Shown one piece after another: positions 18,601-26,767 of a stretch of DNA of 64,000 nucleotides. The stretch's first letter is position 1. Each line of letters begins with the position of its first letter. Below the pieces are notes generated by a model that made no database searches, had not been told where the DNA came from, and saw nothing but the letters and a program-made list of their open reading frames with translations. The DNA comes from Ilumatobacteraceae bacterium (GTDB lineage: Bacteria; Actinomycetota; Acidimicrobiia; Acidimicrobiales; Ilumatobacteraceae): assembly GCA_040005915.1 (NCBI GenBank), contig JBDTYA010000060.1, positions 1,510-65,509 of the forward strand, read 5' to 3'. A program made the position numbers and the translations under genes.

Positions 18601-19101
18601 TCACCCGCCGTCGGCGCCGAGGTTGGCCGCCACGAGGTCGGCCGTCGTGCGCAGCGTGGTGCTGCTGAGAGCGAGCTGTGTCTCGGTGCGATTGACATCG
18701 GGGGATGAGACGACACGCTGCAAGATCACGTGCAGGTGATCGTTGCTGCGCGCCACGATCCGCACCAGCAGATCGCCCGAACCGGTGACCGTGTGGATCT
18801 CGAGGATCTCGGGGATCGATCGCAGATGGGCGACCACGCGAACGTGGGAGCCCTGCGAGATGGCGAGCGTCGTGAAGGCCAGCACACCGAGGCCCGCCGC
18901 GGCCGGGTCGATGTCAGGGCCATAGCCGACGATCACCCTGCGTTCCTCGAGACGACGAAGTCTGGTCAGGACCGTGCCGCGCGCGCAGTTGAGCTCTCGG
19001 GCCAGGTCGGAGATCGTCGAGTGCGGTGCGCTGCGGAGCCGCCCGATCAGCCGGCGGTCGAGGGCGTCGATGGCGGGCCGGCGATCATCCAAGGTGCACA
19101 C
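18601..19101 (-). CDS. Lrp/AsnC-family transcriptional regulator
   Basis: 166 aa. The HTH region is LDRRLIGRLRSAPHSTISDLARELNCARGTVLTRLRRLEERRVI, followed by an RAM/AsnC_trans domain (VTGSGDLLVRIVA). Confidence 0.85.
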   Translation of the reverse strand: MCTLDDRRPAIDALDRRLIGRLRSAPHSTISDLARELNCARGTVLTRLRRLEERRVIVGYGPDIDPAAAGLGVLAFTTLAISQGSHVRVVAHLRSIPEILEIHTVTGSGDLLVRIVARSNDHLHVILQRVVSSPDVNRTETQLALSSTTLRTTADLVAANLGADGG

Positions 19102-19103
19102 CC

Positions 19104-19146
19104 CTGATCAATCGCGAACGCGTAAGGCTGTACATTCTGATCAATC
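19104..19146. repeat. two copies of CTGATCAATC spaced 33 bp apart in the Lrp/VOC divergent promoter region
   Basis: Read directly: CTGATCAATC at 19104-19113 and 19137-19146, in an AT-rich 114-bp intergenic region. The function is inferred (candidate Lrp sites). Confidence 0.35.
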
Positions 19147-19215
19147 ATATTCAGCAAGCTGCACAGATTGACAACAACGCTTGATCGCAATTGTCCAGTT
19201 TGGTTTCATGGGGCC

Positions 19216-19842
19216 ATGTCGTACATCAAGAAGGTCGATCACATCACATACGCCTGCGTCGCCGGCTCGATCGAGCGCTGGGCGTGGTTCCACATCGAAG
19301 TCGAAGGCGGCACGCTGATCAACCGCATCGACGATGTGCGGCCCGGCGACCCCGACAGCAGCATGAAGATCTGGTGCATCGACTACGGCGATTTCGGGGT
19401 CGCATTGATCGAGGGAATCGACCGGGCGAAGAAGTCGCAGGTCACCAAGTTCGTCGATCTGCACGGCGACCACGCCTGCCAGCACGTCGCCTACGACACC
19501 CACGATCTCGAGAAGTTCCAATCGCACATGCGCGAGCTCGGCGGCTCGGCGCGCGGTGGCACACTGGTACGCAACGACGGCTTCGGGATCCTGAAGCAGA
19601 TGTTCGCCCGCGGCTACTCCGAGGGTGACGCCGCCGAAGCCACGTTCCCCGAGTACGTGCAACGGCCGACACCCGGCGACGCCGACGAGGTGCACATCAC
19701 GTTCGCCGAGGAGACCGGCCGCGGCTTCTACGACCAGATCGAGGACGCGGTCGCAGCCCACGACGAGGAGCCGTTCTTCGACTTCACCAAGATGCCGGCC
19801 GATTGGGAAGTGCCTTCACCGCAGCCATTGACGCATCGCTGA
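19216..19842 (+). CDS. VOC (glyoxalase/dioxygenase) superfamily protein, similar to the C-terminal domain of 4-hydroxyphenylpyruvate dioxygenase
   Basis: Inner part of track ORF 19168..19842, starting at MSYIKKVDHITYAC (19216). QHVAYDTHD and GILKQMFAR...FPEYVQR resemble HPPD-type motifs. It is divergent from the Lrp regulator. Confidence 0.55.
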   Translation: MSYIKKVDHITYACVAGSIERWAWFHIEVEGGTLINRIDDVRPGDPDSSMKIWCIDYGDFGVALIEGIDRAKKSQVTKFVDLHGDHACQHVAYDTHDLEKFQSHMRELGGSARGGTLVRNDGFGILKQMFARGYSEGDAAEATFPEYVQRPTPGDADEVHITFAEETGRGFYDQIEDAVAAHDEEPFFDFTKMPADWEVPSPQPLTHR

Positions 19843-19863
19843 CCGAGTCCACCCGCGCAAACC

Positions 19864-19912
19864 GAACTTTGTCGCCACCAACACGCTGGGCACGTTGGTG
19901 GCGACAAAGTTC
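19864..19912. terminator. bidirectional terminator hairpin with a 19-bp perfect stem
   Basis: GAACTTTGTCGCCACCAAC (19864-19882), an 11-nt loop, then GTTGGTGGCGACAAAGTTC (19894-19912). It lies between the convergent VOC and acyl-CoA dehydrogenase genes. Confidence 0.7.
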
Positions 19913-19917
19913 GGGTC

Positions 19918-21159
19918 TCAGAGGGGGAGGTCTCCGGTCGCTGTTCGGGTCGATCCATGGTCGCGATACGCGGCGATCGTACGCTGGGCGATGCGCATCT
20001 GGTGGACTTCGTCGGCGCCGTCGGCGAAGCGGGCCCACCGGGCGTGTTGGTACATGCTCGCCAGCGGCGTATCGGTGGAGTAGCCGAGGGCCCCGTGGAC
20101 CTGGATCGAGCGATCGATGACCCGACCGAGCATGTTGGCGACGAAGTGCTTCGCCATCGACACCTCCGACTTGAAGTCGAGGCCCTGATCGATCCGGTAG
20201 GCCGCGTGCAGCACCATCAACTTTGCCTGGTAGAGCTCCATCGTGGAGTCGGCGATCATCCACTGGATGCCTTGCTTCTCGGCGAGCACCGAGCCGTGCG
20301 AGTAGCGGTACAGGGAGCGGTCGACCATCATGTCGAGCGCCGTCTCGGCCTGGGCGATCCATCGCATGCAGTGCGCGAGCCGCGCCGGTCCGAGCCGGTA
20401 CTGACCCAACAGGTGGCCTTGACCGCGGCCGCCGAGCATGTTGCCGTCGGGCACCCGAAGATCCTCGATCACGATCTCGCTGTGCCCGGTCCCGCCGTGC
20501 ATGGTCTCGACCTCGCGCACCCGGTTCCATCCGGGCGACGGGATGTCGACGATGAAGGCGGTGTTGGCGGCCTGCGGTAGGTCGGGATTGTCCTCGGTCC
20601 GCGCCAGCAGGATCGCGAACGCAGCGCGACGAGCGTTGGAGATGAACCACTTGTGGCCGTTGATGACCCATTCGTCGCCGTCCTGCACGGCCGTCGTGCG
20701 AATCAGCGTCGGGTCGCTGCCGGCCACCTCCGGCTCTGTCATCGCGAAACAGCTCATCTTGTGGCCGTCGCACAACGGCCGCAGGTACTTCTCCTTCTGC
20801 TGCGAAGTCGCCCAGTGCAGCAGGGTGTGCATGTTGCCCTCGTCGGGCGCCTGGCAGTTCAGCACGAACGGTCCGTACGACGCCTTGGCCGCTTCGGCCT
20901 GGACCATCGCCAGCTCGACATGGCCGAGGCCCATGCCACCCCACGCTTTCGGCATCTGCGGCAGCCACAGCCCGGCATCCTTGGCGGCCTGGCGCATGCC
21001 GAAGAGCAGTGCCAGGTATTCCTTGCGATCCATCTGTTCGGGTGTCGCCGAGATTCGGGCCTCGCCCGGCTTCACGACATCGTCGACGAACGTCCTGACC
21101 CGAAGCCGGATCTCCTCGAGTTCGGGTGAGAGGGTGAAGTCGATGGCCATACCCGCCAT
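19918..21159 (-). CDS. acyl-CoA dehydrogenase
   Basis: Inner part of track ORF 19918..21231, starting at MAGMAIDFTL (21159 or 21150). The blocks CFAMTEPEVAGSD, GDEWVINGHKWFISNA and QVHGALGYS are present. Confidence 0.85.
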   Translation of the reverse strand: MAGMAIDFTLSPELEEIRLRVRTFVDDVVKPGEARISATPEQMDRKEYLALLFGMRQAAKDAGLWLPQMPKAWGGMGLGHVELAMVQAEAAKASYGPFVLNCQAPDEGNMHTLLHWATSQQKEKYLRPLCDGHKMSCFAMTEPEVAGSDPTLIRTTAVQDGDEWVINGHKWFISNARRAAFAILLARTEDNPDLPQAANTAFIVDIPSPGWNRVREVETMHGGTGHSEIVIEDLRVPDGNMLGGRGQGHLLGQYRLGPARLAHCMRWIAQAETALDMMVDRSLYRYSHGSVLAEKQGIQWMIADSTMELYQAKLMVLHAAYRIDQGLDFKSEVSMAKHFVANMLGRVIDRSIQVHGALGYSTDTPLASMYQHARWARFADGADEVHQMRIAQRTIAAYRDHGSTRTATGDLPL

Positions 21160-21506
21160 CGTTCCACCTGCGGTCGGCGGCGCAAGAGCCGGCCGGTTCA
21201 GCAACCAGCATCCGCTGCGTGCGCCCGCCACGATGACAAAACAGGATAGTGAGCAGCGCTCTGTCCTTTGCTTCTGTCCGCTGTCGAGGACAGATGAAAC
21301 CGCGGCTGTCCGACGCGCCTAGGCTTTCGGTCCATGACGTAATCGACGGCAGCGCTGATCGGCTACCTGTCATCCAGTTCTCGTGCGGAAGTTCGCACGC
21401 GGCGATGTTCGCCGGCCGGGTCTCTGGACCAGGCCCGGGCCGGCGACGCTCTCCTCATGGCAGGGAGACAGCACCCGAAGCGCGGTGCCGGGTACAGTGC
21501 ACGGCG

Positions 21507-22091
21507 ATGGGCCGCTCGAGAAATCGTTGCATCGCTGGTGTCGTCGCGGCGATAGCAGTCTCGTCGTGTTCATCGTCGGGCGAATCCGACCAGCCGACTA
21601 CGCCACCGCCTGTCCACACGGTTCAGCCGAACGCGGGCAACGTCACGCAGGCAACATTCGGTTTCGCCACGGCCGTCGGCGACCTCACCGTCACGGCCAC
21701 CGCGCCGGTGCTCGGGTCCGACGACGGCGGGCCATGGCTGACCATGACGGTGCGCGCCGAGAACCGATCGCCGAACGAGATCCAATCACCACAGTTCGAA
21801 TTGCATTGCAAGGGAAACCCGGCCGGTGGGGCATCGATTCCGAGCGCGACCTTCGATGTGAACAAGCCGGTTCCTTCCCTCTCGACCAACGAGGGCACCC
21901 TGACGTTGCTGGTGCCCGGGGACGACCGGCTCGGAGGCTCCAGGCCGGTGTGTGCGACACCGGCAACCCTCGTCGCCACGACACTCAGCTTCGACAATCA
22001 GGGGGCGAGCCCGCCGAAGCGCGTGCGGGTCGAGTGGCCCGTTCCCGACGACCTCGTCGACCGGTTGAACGCCGCCCCGCAACCGGCCTGA
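21507..22091 (+). CDS. lipoprotein of unknown function
   Basis: Inner part of track ORF 21249..22091, starting at MGRSRNRCIAGVVAAIAVSSCSS (lipobox AVSSC). Confidence 0.5.
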   Translation: MGRSRNRCIAGVVAAIAVSSCSSSGESDQPTTPPPVHTVQPNAGNVTQATFGFATAVGDLTVTATAPVLGSDDGGPWLTMTVRAENRSPNEIQSPQFELHCKGNPAGGASIPSATFDVNKPVPSLSTNEGTLTLLVPGDDRLGGSRPVCATPATLVATTLSFDNQGASPPKRVRVEWPVPDDLVDRLNAAPQPA

Positions 22092-22101
22092 AAACTGCCG
22101 A

Positions 22102-22127
22102 GTCCTGCCGAATCTCTCCGGCAGGAC
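22102..22127. terminator. hairpin with a 9-bp perfect stem between the lipoprotein gene and tRNA-Ala
   Basis: GTCCTGCCG (22102-22110), an 8-nt loop, then CGGCAGGAC (22119-22127). Confidence 0.5.
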
Positions 22128-22148
22128 ACGGGGCTGGTTGCTAACGGG

Positions 22149-22221
22149 TGGAGGTGAGGGGAATTGAACCCCTGGCCTCAACAGTGCGATTGTTGCGCTC
22201 TGCCAACTGAGCTACACCCCC
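22149..22221 (-). tRNA. tRNA-Ala, anticodon CGC
   Basis: The minus strand reads GGGGGTGTAGCTCAGTTGGCAGAGCGCAACAATCGCACTGTTGAGGCCAGGGGTTCAATTCCCCTCACCTCCA. It folds by hand into a cloverleaf with a 7-bp acceptor stem containing the G3:U70 alanine identity pair. The anticodon loop is AT-CGC-AC and the T-loop is GGTTCAATTCC. CCA is not encoded. Confidence 0.9.
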
Positions 22222-22284
22222 GTTGGAGACCCTGAGTGTAGCGGTGCGGTCGGATACCGGCCCCGCCCTCTCAGGGGAGGCGAT

Positions 22285-22848
22285 TCAGGCGGCGTTGAAC
22301 CAGTTGGTCTCGGACTCGCGGGGAGCCTCGAGCGACCGGATCTGCACCAACTTGTAGCAGTAGCTGCACAGCGAGATGAATGCGATCGCGAACGCGTAGA
22401 CCATGGAGTTGGCCTTGGTCGTAGCCGCCAGGAAGGCAGAGACACCTGTGACGAGCACGAGCATGAAGAAGACGTTGGCCCGACGACGGCGAACCAGTTC
22501 GCGCTGGCCGACCTTGTGCAGGTGCGACTGGCGGTGCTGGCCGCTGGTGCGGTCGAGCGTGACGTTGTGCATCCGTTGACCGGCGACTGCAGGTGCAGCC
22601 GAGCGATGCATCTGTCCGGGACGGCCCTGCGCTGCCGGTCGCGACAACGGCGACGCTGCCAACGGGCGCCCCATCGAGCGCATCGGCACCATCGTGCGTG
22701 TGGGCACGGCGCGCTGCAAGGTGGAGAGCTGGCGACGGAAATCGGTGACCGAGGAGTTGGGCCGGTTCTCACTTCTCGACCGCAGGAGCGGCGGAATCAA
22801 AACCGCGGCCCACGCTGCGAGAACTGCCAGGAGCACGATCTTGCTCAT
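22285..22848 (-). CDS. three-TM membrane protein, candidate SepX/GlpR-like divisome protein
   Basis: 187 aa. It has an N-terminal TM (IVLLAVLAAWAAVLIPPLLRSR), a basic low-complexity linker and two C-terminal TMs. It sits just downstream of the moeA/moaA/moaC/galU block, analogous to mycobacterial Rv0996 near galU-moeA1. Confidence 0.45.
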   Translation of the reverse strand: MSKIVLLAVLAAWAAVLIPPLLRSRSENRPNSSVTDFRRQLSTLQRAVPTRTMVPMRSMGRPLAASPLSRPAAQGRPGQMHRSAAPAVAGQRMHNVTLDRTSGQHRQSHLHKVGQRELVRRRRANVFFMLVLVTGVSAFLAATTKANSMVYAFAIAFISLCSYCYKLVQIRSLEAPRESETNWFNAA

Positions 22849-22877
22849 CGGCTACGCGATTCCTCTGTTAGGCATCT

Positions 22878-22898
22878 GTTCACGATCCGTTCACGATC
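22878..22898. repeat. tandem direct repeat GTTCACGATC-C-GTTCACGATC upstream of the SepX/GlpR-like gene
   Basis: Read directly: copies at 22878-22887 and 22889-22898, an 11-bp period, 30-50 nt upstream of the ATG at 22848. Confidence 0.35.
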
Positions 22899-22950
22899 TT
22901 TCTGACTTGGCACGCCGACGAAGCCGAGAATAACAAGGGGCGCTGCTTCA

Positions 22951-23466
22951 TTACGAATCTACTACATTCGTAACACTGGCCGACACGCTATCAGCCCGCC
23001 GATAGCTACCGGACCGTCCGCCGGTCTTCTCCCAGAGTGCGAGCTCCCCGATCACCATGCCGCGATCGGCCGACTTGCACATGTCGTAGATGGTCAGGGC
23101 CGCGATGGCGCAGGCATGCAGGGCCTCCATCTCGACGCCGGTGCGATCGACGGTGTCGACCTGCGTCTCGATGGCCACGTGATCGTCGCCGATCTCGAAG
23201 TTGACGTGCACGGACCCGACGAGCAACGGATGGCACAGCGGGATCATGTCGCTCGTGCGCTTGGCGGCCTGGATGCCGGCGACCCGTGCGACGGCGAGCA
23301 CGTCACCCTTGTTGACCTCGCGGTTGGCGATGGCGGCGGTGGTCGCTGCGGCCATGAAGACCTTGCAGCGGGCGACGGCGCGACGATGCGTCGGGTCTTT
23401 CGGGGTGACGTCGACCATGCGCGCCCGTCCCATGGGATCGAGGTGGGAGAAGGCGAGATCGCTCAT
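22951..23466 (-). CDS. moaC: cyclic pyranopterin monophosphate synthase MoaC
   Basis: 171 aa with the blocks MVDVTPKDPT, KGDVLAVARVAGIQAAKRTSDMIPLCHPL and TGVEMEALHA. Confidence 0.9.
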   Translation of the reverse strand: MSDLAFSHLDPMGRARMVDVTPKDPTHRRAVARCKVFMAAATTAAIANREVNKGDVLAVARVAGIQAAKRTSDMIPLCHPLLVGSVHVNFEIGDDHVAIETQVDTVDRTGVEMEALHACAIAALTIYDMCKSADRGMVIGELALWEKTGGRSGSYRRADSVSASVTNVVDS

Positions 23467-23509
23467 CTGTTCGTCACACTAGTGAACGCGATACGTGCTG
23501 CGGCGACAC

Positions 23510-24481
23510 CTACTGCGTTCGCACCGGCCCGGTGTCGACAACTTCGAACGCCGTGCCGGGGATCGACTTCAGCTGATCGAGGTCCGTGTCGTTCCATCCG
23601 GGGTCGGGAGCGCCCTGGAAGAACCAGTTGCTGCCGTTGTCGGCGACGATCAATCCGAATTGCTGCATCGCCGTGGCGATGATGCGCGCTTGCCCGGTGA
23701 GGCCGCTGATGTCGAACTCGGCGCGCAGTCGCATGCGCATGCCCATGGCGGGCAGCGACGGATCGGAGTTGCTCGACGCAAAGTGGGTGGCCGGTAGCAC
23801 GAAACCGCGCCGGGTCTGCGAGAACGTGACGCGGATGGCGTGCTGCACCACGCCGGAGGCGACCTCGTCATATCGCACCAGGCCCGGCAGGATGGGCAAG
23901 CCGGCTGCGTCCGCGCTGGTCCATCCGATCGGCCGCAGCGCACCCGTCAACAGGTCGAACTTGGCGCCCGAGGCAGCCACCCAGCCGCTGCCTTCGCGTC
24001 GCCCGACGAACAGCTCGTACAGCTGACAGGTGCCTTGCTGCAGCGCCAAAACATGGCTGTCGCCACCGCCACCACCGCCCTCGATCGGCGCATCGAGCGG
24101 AATGGGGAAGGGACCAGGATCGCTCTCGTCGCCGTACGCGTCGTAGCGGATCGGCACAAGCTGTTGAGACGCCGGCACGACCACGAACGGGATCCCGAAC
24201 GTGGTTCCCACGTCGGGATGGACGAACTTGCCGCCGACCGATTGGATGCGGTCGATGATCTGAGCGCTGAGCGGGTGGAGCGGCGCGGAGGCGATCGACT
24301 GGTTCCACGCGTTGCCGCTCGGGAACACCGGGCAGCCGCCGAGGTGTGGGCCGGGGGGCGTCAGGCGCTCGGCAGGCCGGCTGGCCGTGGCTCCGTCGAC
24401 GATCGAGGTGGGCAGTGCATGCGCAATGGCCGCGGTCCCGACGGCGATGACCGTGGCGACGGCAACCGGCCAACGAGCCAT
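23510..24481 (-). CDS. secreted protein of unknown function
   Basis: Track ORF 23510..24514. The probable start is MARWPVAVATVIAVGTAAIAHA (24481), which gives a signal peptide and avoids overlap with moaA. There are no recognisable catalytic motifs. A Gly5 stretch is present (IEGGGGGGDSH). Confidence 0.55.
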   Translation of the reverse strand: MARWPVAVATVIAVGTAAIAHALPTSIVDGATASRPAERLTPPGPHLGGCPVFPSGNAWNQSIASAPLHPLSAQIIDRIQSVGGKFVHPDVGTTFGIPFVVVPASQQLVPIRYDAYGDESDPGPFPIPLDAPIEGGGGGGDSHVLALQQGTCQLYELFVGRREGSGWVAASGAKFDLLTGALRPIGWTSADAAGLPILPGLVRYDEVASGVVQHAIRVTFSQTRRGFVLPATHFASSNSDPSLPAMGMRMRLRAEFDISGLTGQARIIATAMQQFGLIVADNGSNWFFQGAPDPGWNDTDLDQLKSIPGTAFEVVDTGPVRTQ

Positions 24482-24503
24482 CACCCGGCCGGCCTTTCGG
24501 CCA

Positions 24504-25523
24504 TCAGCCGCCAATCTGGCTCATCGACCGCTTCGGCCGCACGAACGACACCTGGTTGATCTGGTGACCGGCCCACTTGGTGCCGACGGCGCGTTGGATC
24601 TCGGCGGCGATGGCGTCGTCGTCGGCACCGTCGCGCATGACCTTGCGAAAATCGAACTCGGTGGTCGAGAAGAGGCACGTGCGGAACTGGCCGTCGGCGG
24701 TCACCCGCACACGATCGCAATCGCCACAGAACGGCTTAGACACCGACGGGATCACGCCGACCGTGCCATGTCCGTCGAGATACCTCCAACGATCGGCCGG
24801 AGCCGCGCCGCGAGCCGACATCTGCTCGAGCGGGAACACCTCGTGGATGGCGCCGACGATCTCGTCCTGTGTGACGACCTCTTCGGTGAGCCAGTGACCG
24901 CCGGCGCCCAGCGGCATGAACTCGATGTAGCGGACCTCGACATCGTGATCGCGACCGAACCGGGCGAGGTCGACGATCTCGTCGTCGTTGACTCCCCGTT
25001 GCACGACGGCATTGATCTTGACAGGAGCGAACCCGGCCTCCTTGGCGGCTTCGATGCCGTCGAGAACCCGGACGAGCTCGTCGCGTCGTGTCATCTCCAG
25101 GAAACGCTCGCGGCGCAGCGTGTCGAGGCTGATGTTGACCCGGTCGAGGCCGGCCCGGCGCAGTTCGTGGGCGACGAGCCTGAAGGTCGCGCCGTTGGTG
25201 GTGAGACCGATGTCGGGCGCCTGGCCGGCGAGGGGCGAGACCGAGTTGGCAGGTACGCGGAGCGCCGACAACTTCTCGACCAGCACCGGGAGGTGGGCCC
25301 GAACGGTGGGCTCGCCACCGGTGAGGCGAAGGCCATCGACCTCGAAGCGTTCGACGAAGATGCGCGCCAGGCGATGGATCTCCTCGAACGTCAGCACCTC
25401 ACTGCGCGGCAACCAGACCATTCCCTCTTCGGGCATGCAGTACGTGCACCGGAAGTTGCACCGGTCGGTGACCGAGATGCGCAGGTCACGAATGGTTCGC
25501 CCGAACGGGTCGACCAGATCCAT
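24504..25523 (-). CDS. moaA: GTP 3',8-cyclase MoaA (radical SAM)
   Basis: 339 aa with the radical-SAM cluster motif CNFRCTYC, the LTGGEPT block and a C-terminal CGDCDRVRVTADG second cluster. Confidence 0.9.
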   Translation of the reverse strand: MDLVDPFGRTIRDLRISVTDRCNFRCTYCMPEEGMVWLPRSEVLTFEEIHRLARIFVERFEVDGLRLTGGEPTVRAHLPVLVEKLSALRVPANSVSPLAGQAPDIGLTTNGATFRLVAHELRRAGLDRVNISLDTLRRERFLEMTRRDELVRVLDGIEAAKEAGFAPVKINAVVQRGVNDDEIVDLARFGRDHDVEVRYIEFMPLGAGGHWLTEEVVTQDEIVGAIHEVFPLEQMSARGAAPADRWRYLDGHGTVGVIPSVSKPFCGDCDRVRVTADGQFRTCLFSTTEFDFRKVMRDGADDDAIAAEIQRAVGTKWAGHQINQVSFVRPKRSMSQIGG

Positions 25524-25528
25524 GCCAG

Positions 25529-26743
25529 TCAGGCTATCGAGAGCAGCATCGTCTCGACGGTGCCACCCGGCTCGATGCCGTCGCCGTCGGGCACGATCGC
25601 GATCGCGTCGGCCAGCGACGTGGCGGCCAACTGATGGCTGCCCTGCGCCCCGACCGAGCTGATGTGGTAGCGGCCGTCGCCGGCGAACGCGCCGGAGACC
25701 CTCATGTAGTGGGTCTTGCCATCGGCCCGGCGCCGCAGGCCTTCGTCGGCAACAGCCACCACGTGGAGTCGGTTCAACGCCGAGTGCCCCATCATCTGGC
25801 GCAGCGCGGGCCGGGCGAACAGCTCGAAGCTGACCATCGAACTGACCGGGTTGCCGGGAAGGCCGAAGATGGGGGTGCGGCTGCGGCCGGCCGAGAGCAG
25901 GCCGAACGCCAACGGCTTGGCAGGCTTGATGGCGATCTGCATCCAGCGCATGTCGGCGATCCGCGACAGCACGGCCTTCACGACGTCGTATTCGCCCATG
26001 CTGACGCCGCCGCTGGTGACGATGGCGTCGTACGAAGCGGCTGCCTCGCGCAGCATCGCCTCGAGAGTCGCCTCGTCGTCACGGACGACACCGAGGTTGA
26101 TCGCCTCGCAACCGACCTCGGCCACGAGCGCCAGCAGCATCGACTTGTTGCTCTCCCTGATCTGCCCCGGCAGCAGCGCCGAGCCGTCACTGATCAACTC
26201 GTCGCCGGTGGACAGTACGGCCACGCGCGGGGTTCGGAACACCCGCACCCGACGGGCGTTGACGCTGGCCAGCACGCCGGCGACAGCGGGGCGAACCTCG
26301 GTGCCTGCGGCGAACAACTCGGTGCCAGCATGCACGTCTTCGCCGACTCCGCGCACCGATTCGCCCGGCGACGCCGGCTTGTTGATCAACACGTGGTCGC
26401 CATCGCGCTCGGTGTCTTCGACCATGACCGACGAATCGGCGCCACCGGGCATCGGTGCCCCGGTCATGATGCGGATCGCCTCGCCGGCGCCGACGACTCG
26501 CTCGGTCGTCCAGCCGGCCGCCACCTCGGCGATCACGAGCAGCCGTACCGGCGCCGCAGCGACGTCGGCCGCACGAACCGCATACCCGTCGACCGCCGAG
26601 TTGGCGAACGGCGGGACGTCCTCTCGGGCAACGACGGGTTCTGCCAGAACCGAGCCGACCGCGTCGGAAATAGACACCTCGACGACGTCGCCGACGGGGC
26701 AGTGATCGAGCACGTACTGGCGGGCCTCGTGTTCGCTGATCAC
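25529..26743 (-). CDS. moeA: molybdopterin molybdotransferase MoeA (gephyrin E-domain family)
   Basis: Inner part of track ORF 25529..27037. The probable start is the GTG at 26743 (VISEHEARQYV). The blocks PPFANSAVDGYAV, VLSTGDEL, SGGVSMGEYD and GLPGNPVSS are present. Confidence 0.85.
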   Translation of the reverse strand: MISEHEARQYVLDHCPVGDVVEVSISDAVGSVLAEPVVAREDVPPFANSAVDGYAVRAADVAAAPVRLLVIAEVAAGWTTERVVGAGEAIRIMTGAPMPGGADSSVMVEDTERDGDHVLINKPASPGESVRGVGEDVHAGTELFAAGTEVRPAVAGVLASVNARRVRVFRTPRVAVLSTGDELISDGSALLPGQIRESNKSMLLALVAEVGCEAINLGVVRDDEATLEAMLREAAASYDAIVTSGGVSMGEYDVVKAVLSRIADMRWMQIAIKPAKPLAFGLLSAGRSRTPIFGLPGNPVSSMVSFELFARPALRQMMGHSALNRLHVVAVADEGLRRRADGKTHYMRVSGAFAGDGRYHISSVGAQGSHQLAATSLADAIAIVPDGDGIEPGGTVETMLLSIA

Positions 26744-26767
26744 CGAACGAACGGTACCGTTTCGGCG

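Noticed and set aside
19784-21373. 529-aa minus-strand ORF overlapping the acyl-CoA dehydrogenase
   Set aside because: It is an alternate frame of the same strand with Arg/Gly/Pro-rich low-complexity translation. The ACAD motifs are in frame 19918..21159.
25634-26767. First ~378 codons of the 567-aa plus ORF 25634..27337
   Set aside because: This stretch is antisense to moeA. Only the last ~190 codons carry a recognisable domain (TNSLPIRRL block).
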